A stretch of 64,000 nucleotides of DNA, from the NCBI RefSeq assembly GCF_001949145.1, contig NW_019091357.1, positions 1,295,210-1,359,209 of the forward strand, given 5' to 3'. The notes under the pieces were generated by a model. It was not told the origin of the DNA and searched no databases. It saw only the letters and a list, made by a program, of their open reading frames with translations. Source of the stretch: Acanthaster planci. Taxonomy: Eukaryota. The translations under genes were made by a program, and so were the position numbers. This document shows positions 40,770 to 51,543 of this stretch, one piece after another. Position 1 is the stretch's first letter; the number at the start of each line of letters is the position of its first letter.

Positions 40770-40796
40770 CATTTCAGCGTTGCCTATCAAAATCAT
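40770..40796 (-). CDS. IL17: IL-17 gene 4, probable coding exon 1 (MILIGNAEM, or only the ATG at 40772)
   Basis: ATG|GTAATT phase-0 donor at 40769; TATAAAG at 40870-40864; kB-like GGGGAAAATCCCC at 41037-41049. Confidence 0.5.
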
Positions 40797-42767
40797 AGAG
40801 GGGTTATTTCCTGCCTCAAATGCCCCAACAGTGGTAAAACAATCAAAGTGAATACGTAATGCGCTTTATAAATGTCAGATTGCAAAAAGAAAATTTTCAT
40901 GACATAAACCTCGAGAGTGCCCTTTGATCCTCAAACCCGGATGTGGCAGAGGAGATTTATTTCTGACTGATACGCAGTGATATAGTAAGCGCACATGCTG
41001 GCTAGCGCGCTTAACAATAATTGCATGTTGACAAACGGGGAAAATCCCCAAAATAATATGCCGGCGGGATCCTTTTCCGTTGCGTCGTTTTCTCATTTAG
41101 GAGGTGTATTTGGAATTATTTTCTTGGTGCCAAACAGACACCATTCAAACAATACAGACACACTTCGAATGCTGAGGTATATTCGGAAAGAATCCCAACG
41201 ACAAGTTGCCTGTGTTAGGCGAAAGAGGTTTCACGACGAAGGTTGAAATTACAAACATAAACGAGAGGGCAAGTTATTTCTCGTTGGTATGCTCCGATTA
41301 AAATACAGCAATACGACCCACCCTTATAAAGACTGCGAAAACAGATTGAAGACAGGGACACATACCATTGTTGATTGACTTGATCTTCAGCTTACAAACG
41401 ATTCAGCTTTATGTACGACTGCGAGAGAGACTATCGAAGTGGCAGATCTGCAGGGTGTAGACAAACTGGTGATTTGGTGTCTGCAACAAAGCACAAATTC
41501 GACCCGCGCTGCTAGTCCATCGACGACGCTGGCGCTTTGCCAGAACACAAATGTGGAGCATGCGCAAAGTGGGGTGTTGTTCTCACCACATAAAGTGTTG
41601 CCGGCATTTGGAGAGTTCCCTTGTGGCAGGGATGGTGGGGTAGTAGGAAGTCGTGTTGCTGTGGATTTCAGGCGCGGTTTCTGTTTTTCTCTGAATCGCG
41701 ACAAGAAATGCAATCATTATAGGACCAACGATTCCTGAAATAAACGCAGGACTGACTATATACAGTCATTGGTGATGCGCTCTTCTGGAAAGGGCAAAGT
41801 TCAACTTATTTTTTTCTGTCGTTCTTTCGTTTTCACATTGAGGACTTGTCAACAGTCATTCTCATTGTGTATTGACGTACGCTGAGCGAGCCCGGTACAC
41901 GTGTTCTCTGCCAAGGAATAAGCAAATTCGGGCAGTAAATGAGTAGGCCTTTACCGTCCCACAATCTCTACAACCACCCTAAGTTCAAGTCAAACATACC
42001 AGGCGGCCTATTGTCGTTGTGTTTTCGAAGTTATCAATGATTTCGTCTGCACAGAGAGGTTAATCACTTGAAAACCTGAGAACGGAATTTAGGTCATGTT
42101 TGTGAGTCATCAACTCCTAAACAAGAAGACCCGGAAACCGGGGAATATTTTTGGGGGTTTTCTGGTCAGATGTATGTTTACTTGTGTGCCATTCTGTGTT
42201 TTTGTAGTCGTCGCACTCCCTTCCCGATAAATCCTGATTATGCATTCTTCTCCAAATTGTGTAAAATTCTGGCAGGGTGGCTCTTCCGAGTCATCAAAAA
42301 GGTAGTATCAAAAATTATCTGCGCCAATCCCGTAGACACGGAAGTTCCATTTCCACAGGTGTTTAGTAATTGCCCCTAGGTAACTGCTCAACTTCAGACA
42401 ACAAAGACGACCTTCTTTAGACCCTGCAACCCAAGACTAGGTGTGGGGGGACCGGAGAGGAAGGTGAACGGTACGGCGTGGGGGGGTAGGGAATAAGCCT
42501 TTTGCAACTTCAATTGAATAACATCTTGCACACCGTGTTATCTTAATGCGCATAACCGTGACGATTTGATTCCTCAGACTAAAAACACTGTTGCTGTATG
42601 TACCTCGTGATTGGGGGCAAGCTTTTGCATAGCAACCCCCATCCCTAGAATGGACAGGTTCCTTTGTGCCCATCTTATCCATTGAGGACAGTGTATTGAT
42701 GCAAGGCGTCTTGCATGTAACTTAGTAAAAGCTTGCCCCGAATCCAGCGGTAAAGCAACTCGTATGA

Positions 42768-42940
42768 TGCAAGATATGGGGCGGAGAGAAACTCCCCCCT
42801 CCTTTGTCTTGGTAATTGTTTGATTAGAATCTAAGGAATTCTTTACAGACTTCTAGGGGGGATGTGTTAGGTAACAATAGTCTAGAGTGTGTATAGGGAT
42901 TGGACATGTGGGGGGGCACCCATCAGCCCCATATCGTGCA
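42768..42940. mobile_element. 170-bp MITE
   Basis: TIR TGCAAGATATGGGGC ... GCCCCATATCGTGCA; same family as 38742 and 32031. Confidence 0.8.
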
Positions 42941-45705
42941 CGGTATCTAGCAACAGTGTCTTTACTAAGGAGAATTCAAATAGTTATGTTCACGTGAATT
43001 TAAAGAACTCGGTGTACCTGACTTTATTATATATTTCGCAAAAGGCTCATTAAGGCACTTCCATATAACATGTGCGTCAACACATGCGCCCAGCGTTAAT
43101 TGTGTATCCATTAAAATCGCCCCGGGCGCGATTTTGACGGTCGAACGCAACGCACACGTTTTTTCACGTCCGTGAAAGTGAAACGCATGAAAACATCGTG
43201 TACGCAACGCACCCAAAAAAGGTAAATAATCATGAGAATAAGCGTATGAGAATGCGATGTGTTGAATCTTCATCTCGCAGAACAAATTTTCGTAAGTTGT
43301 ACTGATAATACGGGCGATTCACAATAGTGCGCCACCAAGAGTTTGCATTGCGTTGGCCAATCACAATACGCGAAATCTGCCGACACAATGCGCGTTTGGA
43401 AACTGGGGTAGACAAATTTCGCGCGCTGTGATTGGCCAGGAATCAGCGACGTTTTAGATTAGGAGCCGGGGAAACCTCCTACCAGCGTGGGTTGTGCCCG
43501 TGGGTGCCCTTTCCCATTAAAATGTTGACCTGTGCACAACCTATGTACAAGCAGTACGTCATCAGCTTTCGGAACCCCATCCTTAAAAAAAATGCACCCC
43601 TGGGTGTAAAGCCTGGTTTCCATATCAGACGTAAGAAACGCAGCGAGTAATGCAATCAAGATGCAAATTGCAAAAATGTCAAATGGAAGTATCACTGAAA
43701 ACGCAGACAAACGCAATGCAGCCTGCGAACGATCGGCGAAGTTGAGCCAGGTTCAACTTTGCCAACTGTCTGCGTCGAGTACGATGGCATGACCGGCGTG
43801 CAACGATGTCCCTCTTGCTTATTGCCATGAATTTTGCCCATTTTCTCCGTAATGCTTAATTATTACACCCTTATAATCAACTAAATTGCTGACCATCAAC
43901 GAAATGCATGAAATTGGAGTACAGGTTTGGCATCAATCTAAAAGGGTATTTTCCGCAAAAAAATTTACAGAGTTTCGGACGCCATTTTGTTTCAATTTTT
44001 GGGTGGAATGATGTCATGTACCGTCTCTTCTGTTCATGTCTGCGTCTTAACGTCCTGCGGACCTTCTGCGTTACAAACGACCATAGTTACGCCACTGCAT
44101 GGAATAATCCTTACACAGACCCCCTCCCCTGCATTGGAGGGCCAAAGCTATTGCTTTTGTACTGACCGATGTCCATAGGTTACAAGCAGCTGTGGTGAGT
44201 AAAAGACTGTGACCCTAGGAACTCGAAACGAGTTGCGTACAAAATCTTTGTAAAAACCCCAACTATTTGGCATCTGCGGAGGCAGTTTTCAAGAAAGATA
44301 TAGGATGAACAATCTTAGACATCGTGCCGAAGGGGGAAGATCTTTTTATTCTTGTCTCATGGTGGCATGCAGGCTAATCAAAACAGTGATCAACGAAATG
44401 TTCAGAAATGAGACTTCACATTGCGCATGTGCATGGAAAATGTTTATGCATGTAGTCTGGAAATTTGGACTTGAAATCGCTTTGTTTGCTTTTTCATCAT
44501 AATATACAAAGAGAAGATTACTTAGAAACTAGTCAGCACTTTGGGTAATTTCTTTAATTAGTTTAGCACCACTTACAAAAATTCATTTATTTTTATACCG
44601 GAACAGTTATATTTGTCATTGTGTCGGAAACTAAACATTAATTTTCCCCCTTTCAACGAAAAAAAGGATGTAAAACTAATCTACAAAAAAAAAAGAAAGA
44701 AACGTGACTAACTTTAAAAGGAAGTAGTGTTACGTCAACAGAATCACAGAAATAATTAGCAACTGTCTAAATCGATTAAATTCATCAGCCGTCGTTTCTC
44801 ATAGCGTCTGTGTATAAAAAGAATATGCGCGTATCTGATATAACATTAGCCACACAACATGACGGAGTGTCGACGATAAAGATGGTGAAAGGTACTGTGA
44901 TCGTAAGTCCACACCAGTGACCTTAATCAAATTGTTCCCTCAGCGGTTATAATGGCATAAACAATCAGTTTGAGTGAACTGATCAAAATGCCTTCCTTGT
45001 TTTGACAGCATCACAGAATTTGGAACATGGCGGTGATACGCCTCACGCTTTCTACAGGGTTAAAAACGTCGCTGAGAGGTTTGTAACCGAGACCATCGGG
45101 TGACCGAGATTGATCAAATTAATGGTTTGAATCTCTTCGGGATACCAGAGGATTGTGTTTTGGAGAGACGTCAACGGCATGCGTTCAAGTCACCGCGTTG
45201 GCGCGTCTGCTCCTGTACGTTACGTAGGACTCCCAAAGGATCAACTCCTTAAGTTCATTACTGTCAGGGAACAGGCCAACAGAACAAATGTCTTTTAGGA
45301 TTCATACTTCACACTCAGCGTGCATGCTTTCTAGCATTTTGCTTTACGTGTGGGCCTATTCACAAAAATACGTCATTGATTCTAACTTATAGACATATCT
45401 TTTCATGCAATTACAGGCTAATTTAAAGCGAATCTACATAATTCTTAAGTAATAATGCCACTTATCAGTTTTAAAATAATTTTCGTTTGGAAATAAGTGT
45501 TTCCTTCGTCTTCCTCCTGGGAATGTGAGTATTTTTTTACGAAAAGCACTAAAACATAATTTGGGTAATTTTCTTTACTAAGATAATGATTCTTGCAAAT
45601 TTGCCAGTTGTAATAAACAGGTACCATTTATTCAATGATCAGTTGAAATTATATCATGTTCATCAACACGGAAACCGTTTAGGAACTCCTTCGCCGATGA
45701 CTTGG

Positions 45706-46368
45706 TTAACCTCCCATAATTCCAGGGGGCCTATTACCAGTGGGAGTCTCTGGTCTCATGCAAGCGCAGGCTACGGGGACTTCCAACCAGTCGAGGTTAT
45801 ATTTCACCAGGCCTCCCGAGCAACCGTTTCGTCGCAGTATCGGCATTCTGTACTTGACCTGTCGGCATTCCATATCTGGTATCTCGTTCTTGGCCCCACC
45901 CTCACGGCTTAGGCAACCCTGGCACTGACACACGGCCCAGGCGAGCTCGCTCGGATACCGGTTCGGGTCGTGGTCGTGCTGGTAGATCCACGGGCAGGTG
46001 GATGCCCTACTCGGTCCCCACATCTGTTGCACCGGCTCCAGACTCGACGGACAGTGGGCCTCGGAGTCTGGCTCATGGTCCTCCTGGACAGGTACGTGCA
46101 CCGATTGCAGCGGTTGAAGCCCTGACGTGTTGTAGGACAGGAGCCCAAACAGACGAGCGTCGATTGTGGAGAGGACATGAACTTCGACAACTGAGCCAGA
46201 GCATCCGGGAGGGGTGCTGACTGGTGTAGCTAAGGGCAAGGCTTGCACGAGAGACGGCATAGCGAGGCAAAACAATGTGCTAATGCTCATAGCCATCAGA
46301 AATGACTTCCCAAAGAGCAGCCACCCACTTTGCGGCGAAAAACACGAGGCAGGTCTGCAGTAACCCAT
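45706..46368 (-). CDS. IL17: IL-17 gene 5: intronless interleukin-17-family cytokine (220 aa from ATG 46368)
   Basis: Kozak-like ACCGCCATGG at 46368; hydrophobic MSISTLFCLAMPSLVQA; RASTCPWIYQHDHDPNRYPSELAWAVCQCQGC...CRQVKYRMPILRRNGC...LEVPVACAC; TATATAAG at 46538-46531. Confidence 0.95.
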   Translation of the reverse strand: MGYCRPASCFSPQSGWLLFGKSFLMAMSISTLFCLAMPSLVQALPLATPVSTPPGCSGSVVEVHVLSTIDARLFGLLSYNTSGLQPLQSVHVPVQEDHEPDSEAHCPSSLEPVQQMWGPSRASTCPWIYQHDHDPNRYPSELAWAVCQCQGCLSREGGAKNEIPDMECRQVKYRMPILRRNGCSGGLVKYNLDWLEVPVACACMRPETPTGNRPPGIMGG

Positions 46369-48850
46369 GGCGGTATACTGCGTCAAAGCAAGTCTTTGTT
46401 TAGCCTTTAAAGTAAAATTTGCTGGCCAAGATTTTCGATCAGGATGCTGAGCTGAGTCGCAGATAAAAATTCATGTGAATTTAAACTGGGCGATATGGTG
46501 CATGATAATCTTGGGTGCCAAATTCTGTCACTTATATACGCTCTTGCTGGACCTCCTCTGCTAACTGAAATAGATTCTATGAAACCACGTATGCTTTTAC
46601 AAGACCTAATTATTTTTGTTTGTTGTTTTATTTTTCCTCCGCCTTCATGCATCCGTAGGTAGGAGAAAAAACTCGCGGATATTTTTCCACACAGAAACTC
46701 CCAGGTACATTCATGTAGTAGCAAGATTTGGTGTTACTGTGTTTATGAGCACATTAAGCTTAACAGTTAACCACCATCGACCAGGACGTAAGCTTTCGTT
46801 TCGTTTTGTTTTGTTTTTTCTAGTGATCTGATGGTAACAGCACGCACTCTGTCAAACTGACGTCACGGAACGCCGTGCCCGATTGGATGGATATGACTTG
46901 ACAGTAAGTTTATAACTTTTGAACAAGGTAGATGCTGATTGGTTCAAAGCTGTTTAGATTAGGGTGCTTCATCAGTTTACGGATTCGCTTTTGAGAATCA
47001 TGTTCAAAGTAAAGCCGGATTTTAAAGGGCAGAGGATGCTCATGGTTTTTGTTCATTTATTTATTTGTGCCTTCTCTACTGTGTTGTTCAAGGGAAGTTT
47101 TGGAGTAGGATTATTTTGAGGAACAGTTATTAAAAAAACAAATCGACCAACCTGCTGTAGATAACTTACAATGCTGTGAAATCACTCCCATTATTTGTCC
47201 TGTCGTAACCAACATCCATCATGTTGCTTCCTGATTATTTCCAACAGAAGCCGGGTTCACTTTTAAAAATATCATTCGATCGATGCGTATGCTGTATGTT
47301 GTTATGCAAAGACGCAGAGTTGGATTTTTTTTTAGATTTTGGAAAACAAACCAACCCACGAACTATGAAATGAGTCGAGCCACTCGAAACTTGTTAAATT
47401 GATCCAAACCAGTACTGCACTACAATGGCAGAGTAGCTTCATCTCCCGAAGTTTCTTTCTGACATGAAGATGCTTCTTTTCTCTTTCATACCTACTATCT
47501 GACGTGACGGTCTTATTTCCGGATAGGACAAGCAAGTTAAGATTATAAAGTGGATGACAGTCATGTCTAAATAATCTTGGAGCGAAAATGAATCTGAATT
47601 AAAGATCATTCATTAGTTTCAGTGCTGGTTTCATATGACACCAGACAGGGGATCGTGGAGAATGTGTACAAGTTGTGCGAACTTTGACCTCATCGGTGGG
47701 AGCTTTTTGAAGTTCGCCTCGAAATTTCTGATACCAACACCACGAATTCTTTCTCCGCGGGAAGCTTTCGTTACAAGTTTACTCTGATGTCGCGCTCACG
47801 TCACGTCGCTATGACAAAAAATGGTGTTGCGAAAAAAGTAAGGAATAATCGTTGGCTTGATGAAACAGTTAAATAAGTTTTCAACTCCGGGGGAGAGGCC
47901 CCAAATGTTATGTTGTCCATTGACAGTGCAAAGTTAAATCGTGTGTTCTTTGACATAAGGTTCCGTGCGCGAGCTGGCAAGCCCTCATCGGTGGTGAAGC
48001 TAGAGAGGAAGATGGGGTAGACGCTTGGACGTCATTGAAGCTGTGTGTCTGGTGTCCAAGTAAAACGCGCGTTTGTCTGCTTTCGGATACCTCGTATTTT
48101 TACGCACGTCCAGGTCGTGCAAGCAATATAAATTCCCCAAAAGACGTCGTCGCTAAGCAAAAGGCGCCCTCTTTCATTCAAACACGGTAGCCATATTAAC
48201 AAAAGCCTCCTCTTGCCGGGGCCCATAAAAAAGCAGAAATTAACTAAAAGTACTGGAAATATAATTCACTCAGCATATATATATTCCAATCCAAAATGCC
48301 ATGCAATGTATATATACTTGAAAATAGTTCCCTGCGTAATAATTCCGCAATTTTTTTCTACATAGAGTCCAAATCATAGTCAACTCGCAACAAAATTACA
48401 AAATTGGCCAACTGGATGGACTGCAACCTGACAGCTGTCAAACAATGAACAGCGCCCGCTATTTCACAGCTGGCGCGAAACCAAAGCACGTAGATAATGT
48501 GCATGCGCTCGGAGTACCTTTCCAGTGTCAGTACGTCGAACGGGGAGTTTATTGCAATGTTTTGAATCAACTTTGCCTGTCCACCAGGTACAGATGAAAC
48601 CTAATTAAACTGGCATTATTTGAAAATGTAGGTTTTTAATGGTATCATTACAATTGCTTTCTTAAACAGATGAGCAGCTGCTTATCCTGGGGCCTCCGGT
48701 CAACCCCCCCCCTGCTTAAGGTTGGAAGACCCCGTAAAAAGAGCAGAAACCATAAATAGGTCTCATTTTACGTCTACGCTTAAGGATAAAGCATTGAAAA
48801 GCTTCACCAACGGCGACAGCTACATGAAGTAATCTGGGTGCGGGGGTAGT

Positions 48851-48999
48851 GGGGTACAGAGGGGTGCAGTGGTGGTACTGTTGGGTACAGAGGGGGTACA
48901 GTGGGGGTACAGAGGGGGTACAGTGGGGGTACAGAGGGGGTACAGAGGGGGTACAGTGGGGGTACAGAGGGGGTACAGTTGGGGTACTGTTGGGTACAG
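48851..48999. repeat. Tandem repeat, about 11-bp unit GGGGGTACAG(A/T)
   Basis: Directly visible array of GGGTAC-containing units. Confidence 0.9.
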
Positions 49000-49059
49000 T
49001 AGGGTGCCCACTAAGGGAATTCTCATTAAAACTGACGGTCCCGATTTTCTTCATCGGTA

Positions 49060-49207
49060 TAGAGTACCGAAGTGTGACGTCACTGTGAACCAGAAAGTGC
49101 AGTGCAAACGAATAGAGTACGCGCGCGTGTTGGTTCTCGCGCTGGTTCTCGCGCTAATGCCTTTTACACACTAATTGTGCGCGTGAAGTATTCACTTCGG
49201 TACTCTA
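49060..49207. mobile_element. 148-bp MITE, copy 2
   Basis: Perfect 15-bp TIR TAGAGTACCGAAGTG ... CACTTCGGTACTCTA; same length as 24920-25067. Confidence 0.85.
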
Positions 49208-49344
49208 AACATAATAGCATCTCCCCTACCCCGAAATGTTAACGCTGTTTCAACATTCTGCCACTTTCAATTCATAAAGAAACCAGTTGGCAATATATCT
49301 TGGGGTGGGGCGGAAATCCTTCGCATCTCCTCTGGACACCCCCA

Positions 49345-49425
49345 CGGCGCCTTCCACTACACTGCCGGCGCCTTCCACTACACTGCCGGCGCCTTCCACT
49401 ACACTGCCGGCGCCTTCCACTACAC
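49345..49425. repeat. 21-bp minisatellite (CGGCGCCTTCCACTACACTGC), about 4 copies
   Basis: Directly visible tandem copies. Confidence 0.9.
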
Positions 49426-49885
49426 AGGCACACACATCCTTACACAGCTATACTTGTGGGGTATTTCCTTTGTTCTTGTGTACAAAAGTCCCACACAACA
49501 GGCAAAAAATTCAAATTAATCCAATTTAAATCAAATTCAGTTTCCTGGGTTGAAATTTCGACCGTATGTCCCTTATATAAACACTTCAATTTGCGACAGA
49601 TTTTTACCCATCAAAAATTTCTCCTTTTTGAGTTATTTCCAAATATCAGTTTCGTGAAATTCTTGTATTGGTACCCCACAAGGTAAAAACTGGCCTTGCA
49701 GGGTACTTCCCATTGGTCCGGTACCCCACAAGGCCGAAGGTTAATCGCATGCACGCGCTTGTTTTTAGCCACAGCGATAACCTTTTGCGCTTTTCCACAA
49801 TACTTAGAGCAGCTGCACTGGTGTCAAACCGACTGACATTACAGAACACAAACAACCCCATGGGTACCAGCGAAATCAAGATTCA

Positions 49886-49944
49886 TATAAACAGACGACT
49901 CTGAGCGACTCAGTGCCACTTGTTACCTGTACATCCTTGTTAGG
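49886..49944 (+). promoter_or_regulatory. Candidate TATA/Inr and non-coding first exon of the sulfotransferase-like gene
   Basis: TATAAA 49886-49891, TCAGT 49910-49914, donor G|GTAAGT at 49945, matching polypyrimidine + TAG acceptor at 50206. Confidence 0.5.
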
Positions 49945-50234
49945 GTAAGTGAAATCAGTTTTACTCATACTATGATGACTCTTCAGGCTGTTGGGAAGTG
50001 TCTTGGAGTTTAACAGGTCTTTGTTTCGTCAGATATACTTTTTCATTTCCTTTAGCCTGCTACTGGCATTAATCTTGAGAGAGAACAAAATTAGTGATCA
50101 TGGCAAACATACCTCGGTTTTACTAGTCCATTTTCGACAAAGCAAATGGAAATTTGCTATATCTTGTTTTTCCCTTCTCCCACATCTTCCCTACCTGGTA
50201 TTATAGGAAACGAAGAGACAAGGTTTTCAACATC

Positions 50235-51056
50235 ATGGCAAGCCAAAAGAGAATCCTCGTCTGGTGCACGCCGAGGTCTCTCTCCACTGTGCTCATGAGG
50301 TCCTTGTCTCAGTTTCACGATTCGCAGATTATCTTCGAATACCTTTTGTTGGCGGGTATCAACATAGCACCGCCAGGTACGTTCGGCGACCGTGAAGCTG
50401 ATGTGGCCCGCCTAAAGTCAGAGCCTGATTTCGACATCCATTCCTGGAAGGAAATGTACGAGCGACCGTACCCTAGCAAGGCATTTATTATCGGCAAAGA
50501 GTTTGCCGAATTATTGCATGGAAGAATGGAGATGATACCAGACGGGTACACTCACGTCTTTCTAATTCGTCATCCCTCAAAAGTATTTGCGTCGATTATG
50601 AAATCATTTTCTTATTTCCCACCTGACGTACGACAAAATGCCTTTCTAAAGCCCAATTATTTCCGAGCCTCAGCTGCTGTGTATGACTTTGTCACCACAA
50701 CGCTCGGACAGCAAGCGCCTGTGATACACGCCGATGACCTTCAGGCCAACCCCGCGAAAACCTTACAACTGCTCTGCGAGGCTACCGGGTTGCCGTTCAG
50801 TCAGGATCTCCTTCGCTGGGGACAGGTCAAGGAAGATCCCCCTTCCAACTGGCTGATATCAGATTTCACTTGGGAATTAAGCAAAACGGTCGGGAGCCAC
50901 AACACTAGCTTTGGGAGCACCTGCTTCTACGCCAACAAGGAAACATCGGGCGCGGCAAGGGAGACCCCCGTTGTCAGCCCTGATATACAGCTATTGATGG
51001 AAGACGCTATGCCGTATTACGAAAGCCTCTATGAACGCCGCCTTATCATCAAATAG
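50235..51056 (+). CDS. Sulfotransferase-fold (P-loop) protein, Sulfotransfer_5 / BCAT-like N-terminal domain type; single coding exon, 273 aa
   Basis: RILVWCTPRSLSTVLMRSLSQ (5'-phosphosulfate-loop-like W..PRS.ST), HVFLIRHPSKVFAS (3'-phosphate motif), PVIHADDLQANP...LCEATGLPFSQDLLRW, AMPYYESL. Confidence 0.85.
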   Translation: MASQKRILVWCTPRSLSTVLMRSLSQFHDSQIIFEYLLLAGINIAPPGTFGDREADVARLKSEPDFDIHSWKEMYERPYPSKAFIIGKEFAELLHGRMEMIPDGYTHVFLIRHPSKVFASIMKSFSYFPPDVRQNAFLKPNYFRASAAVYDFVTTTLGQQAPVIHADDLQANPAKTLQLLCEATGLPFSQDLLRWGQVKEDPPSNWLISDFTWELSKTVGSHNTSFGSTCFYANKETSGAARETPVVSPDIQLLMEDAMPYYESLYERRLIIK

Positions 51057-51450
51057 TCAGCAAGGACATAAATACGGTGTTGCAACCGATATCACTTGTT
51101 TGATCATGACAAAAAATTTGCACTTAAAGTCAACAAACAAATGTTGAACATTTTCTGAAAAATTTCTCTTTAGTAGAAATTGCTTTTGATCTGTTAATTT
51201 GACATCCATGGACATTGATTATCTCATAAATAGGAAACAAATACAGTGTTGATAAATAGCGTTTAAAGTGGTTCATCTATAATGTTAAGGACTCTTCGCT
51301 TTAATCTCTTTGGGAAAAAAATGTGAGGAAACCACAGACCGTTTAACGTTTACATAGCATAGAAGTAGATTTTCCAATCACTGTATACTTAGATTCCGTG
51401 CCAATTTCTAGCTTTTTCTACCCGGAAGTGAGTTGATTCTGGGTCGTTTG

Positions 51451-51543
51451 CAGGGGCGTAGCTCCGGGGGGGTGTCACGTGCCTCCCATAAGACGCTGAT
51501 GCCCCTTTGTGACCCCCCCCCTAAAATCCTAGCTACGCTACTG
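51451..51543. mobile_element. hAT-type MITE with 8-bp target-site duplication
   Basis: TIR CAGGGGCGTAGCT ... AGCTACGCTACTG, flanked by identical GTCGTTTG at 51443-51450 and 51544-51551. Confidence 0.85.

Noticed and set aside
17317..45017. TCTGTGA Roquin/CDE-like cores downstream of genes 1, 3 and 5
   Set aside because: Stems do not extend beyond 2-3 bp, and the heptamer also occurs at several non-UTR positions in the window.
48716..49686. Repetitive-peptide ORFs (PLYPHCTPSV, RRLPLHC, VVEGAGS)
   Set aside because: Translations of the 11-bp and 21-bp tandem repeats. Not a CRISPR array either: there are no unique spacers and the DNA is eukaryotic.
528..51056. Luciferase-like exon plus sulfotransferase as a bioluminescence locus
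   Set aside because: 4CL/luciferase-like enzymes are common in non-luminous animals, only one exon is visible, the genes are about 45 kb apart, and the sulfotransferase is not of the classical cytosolic SULT type.
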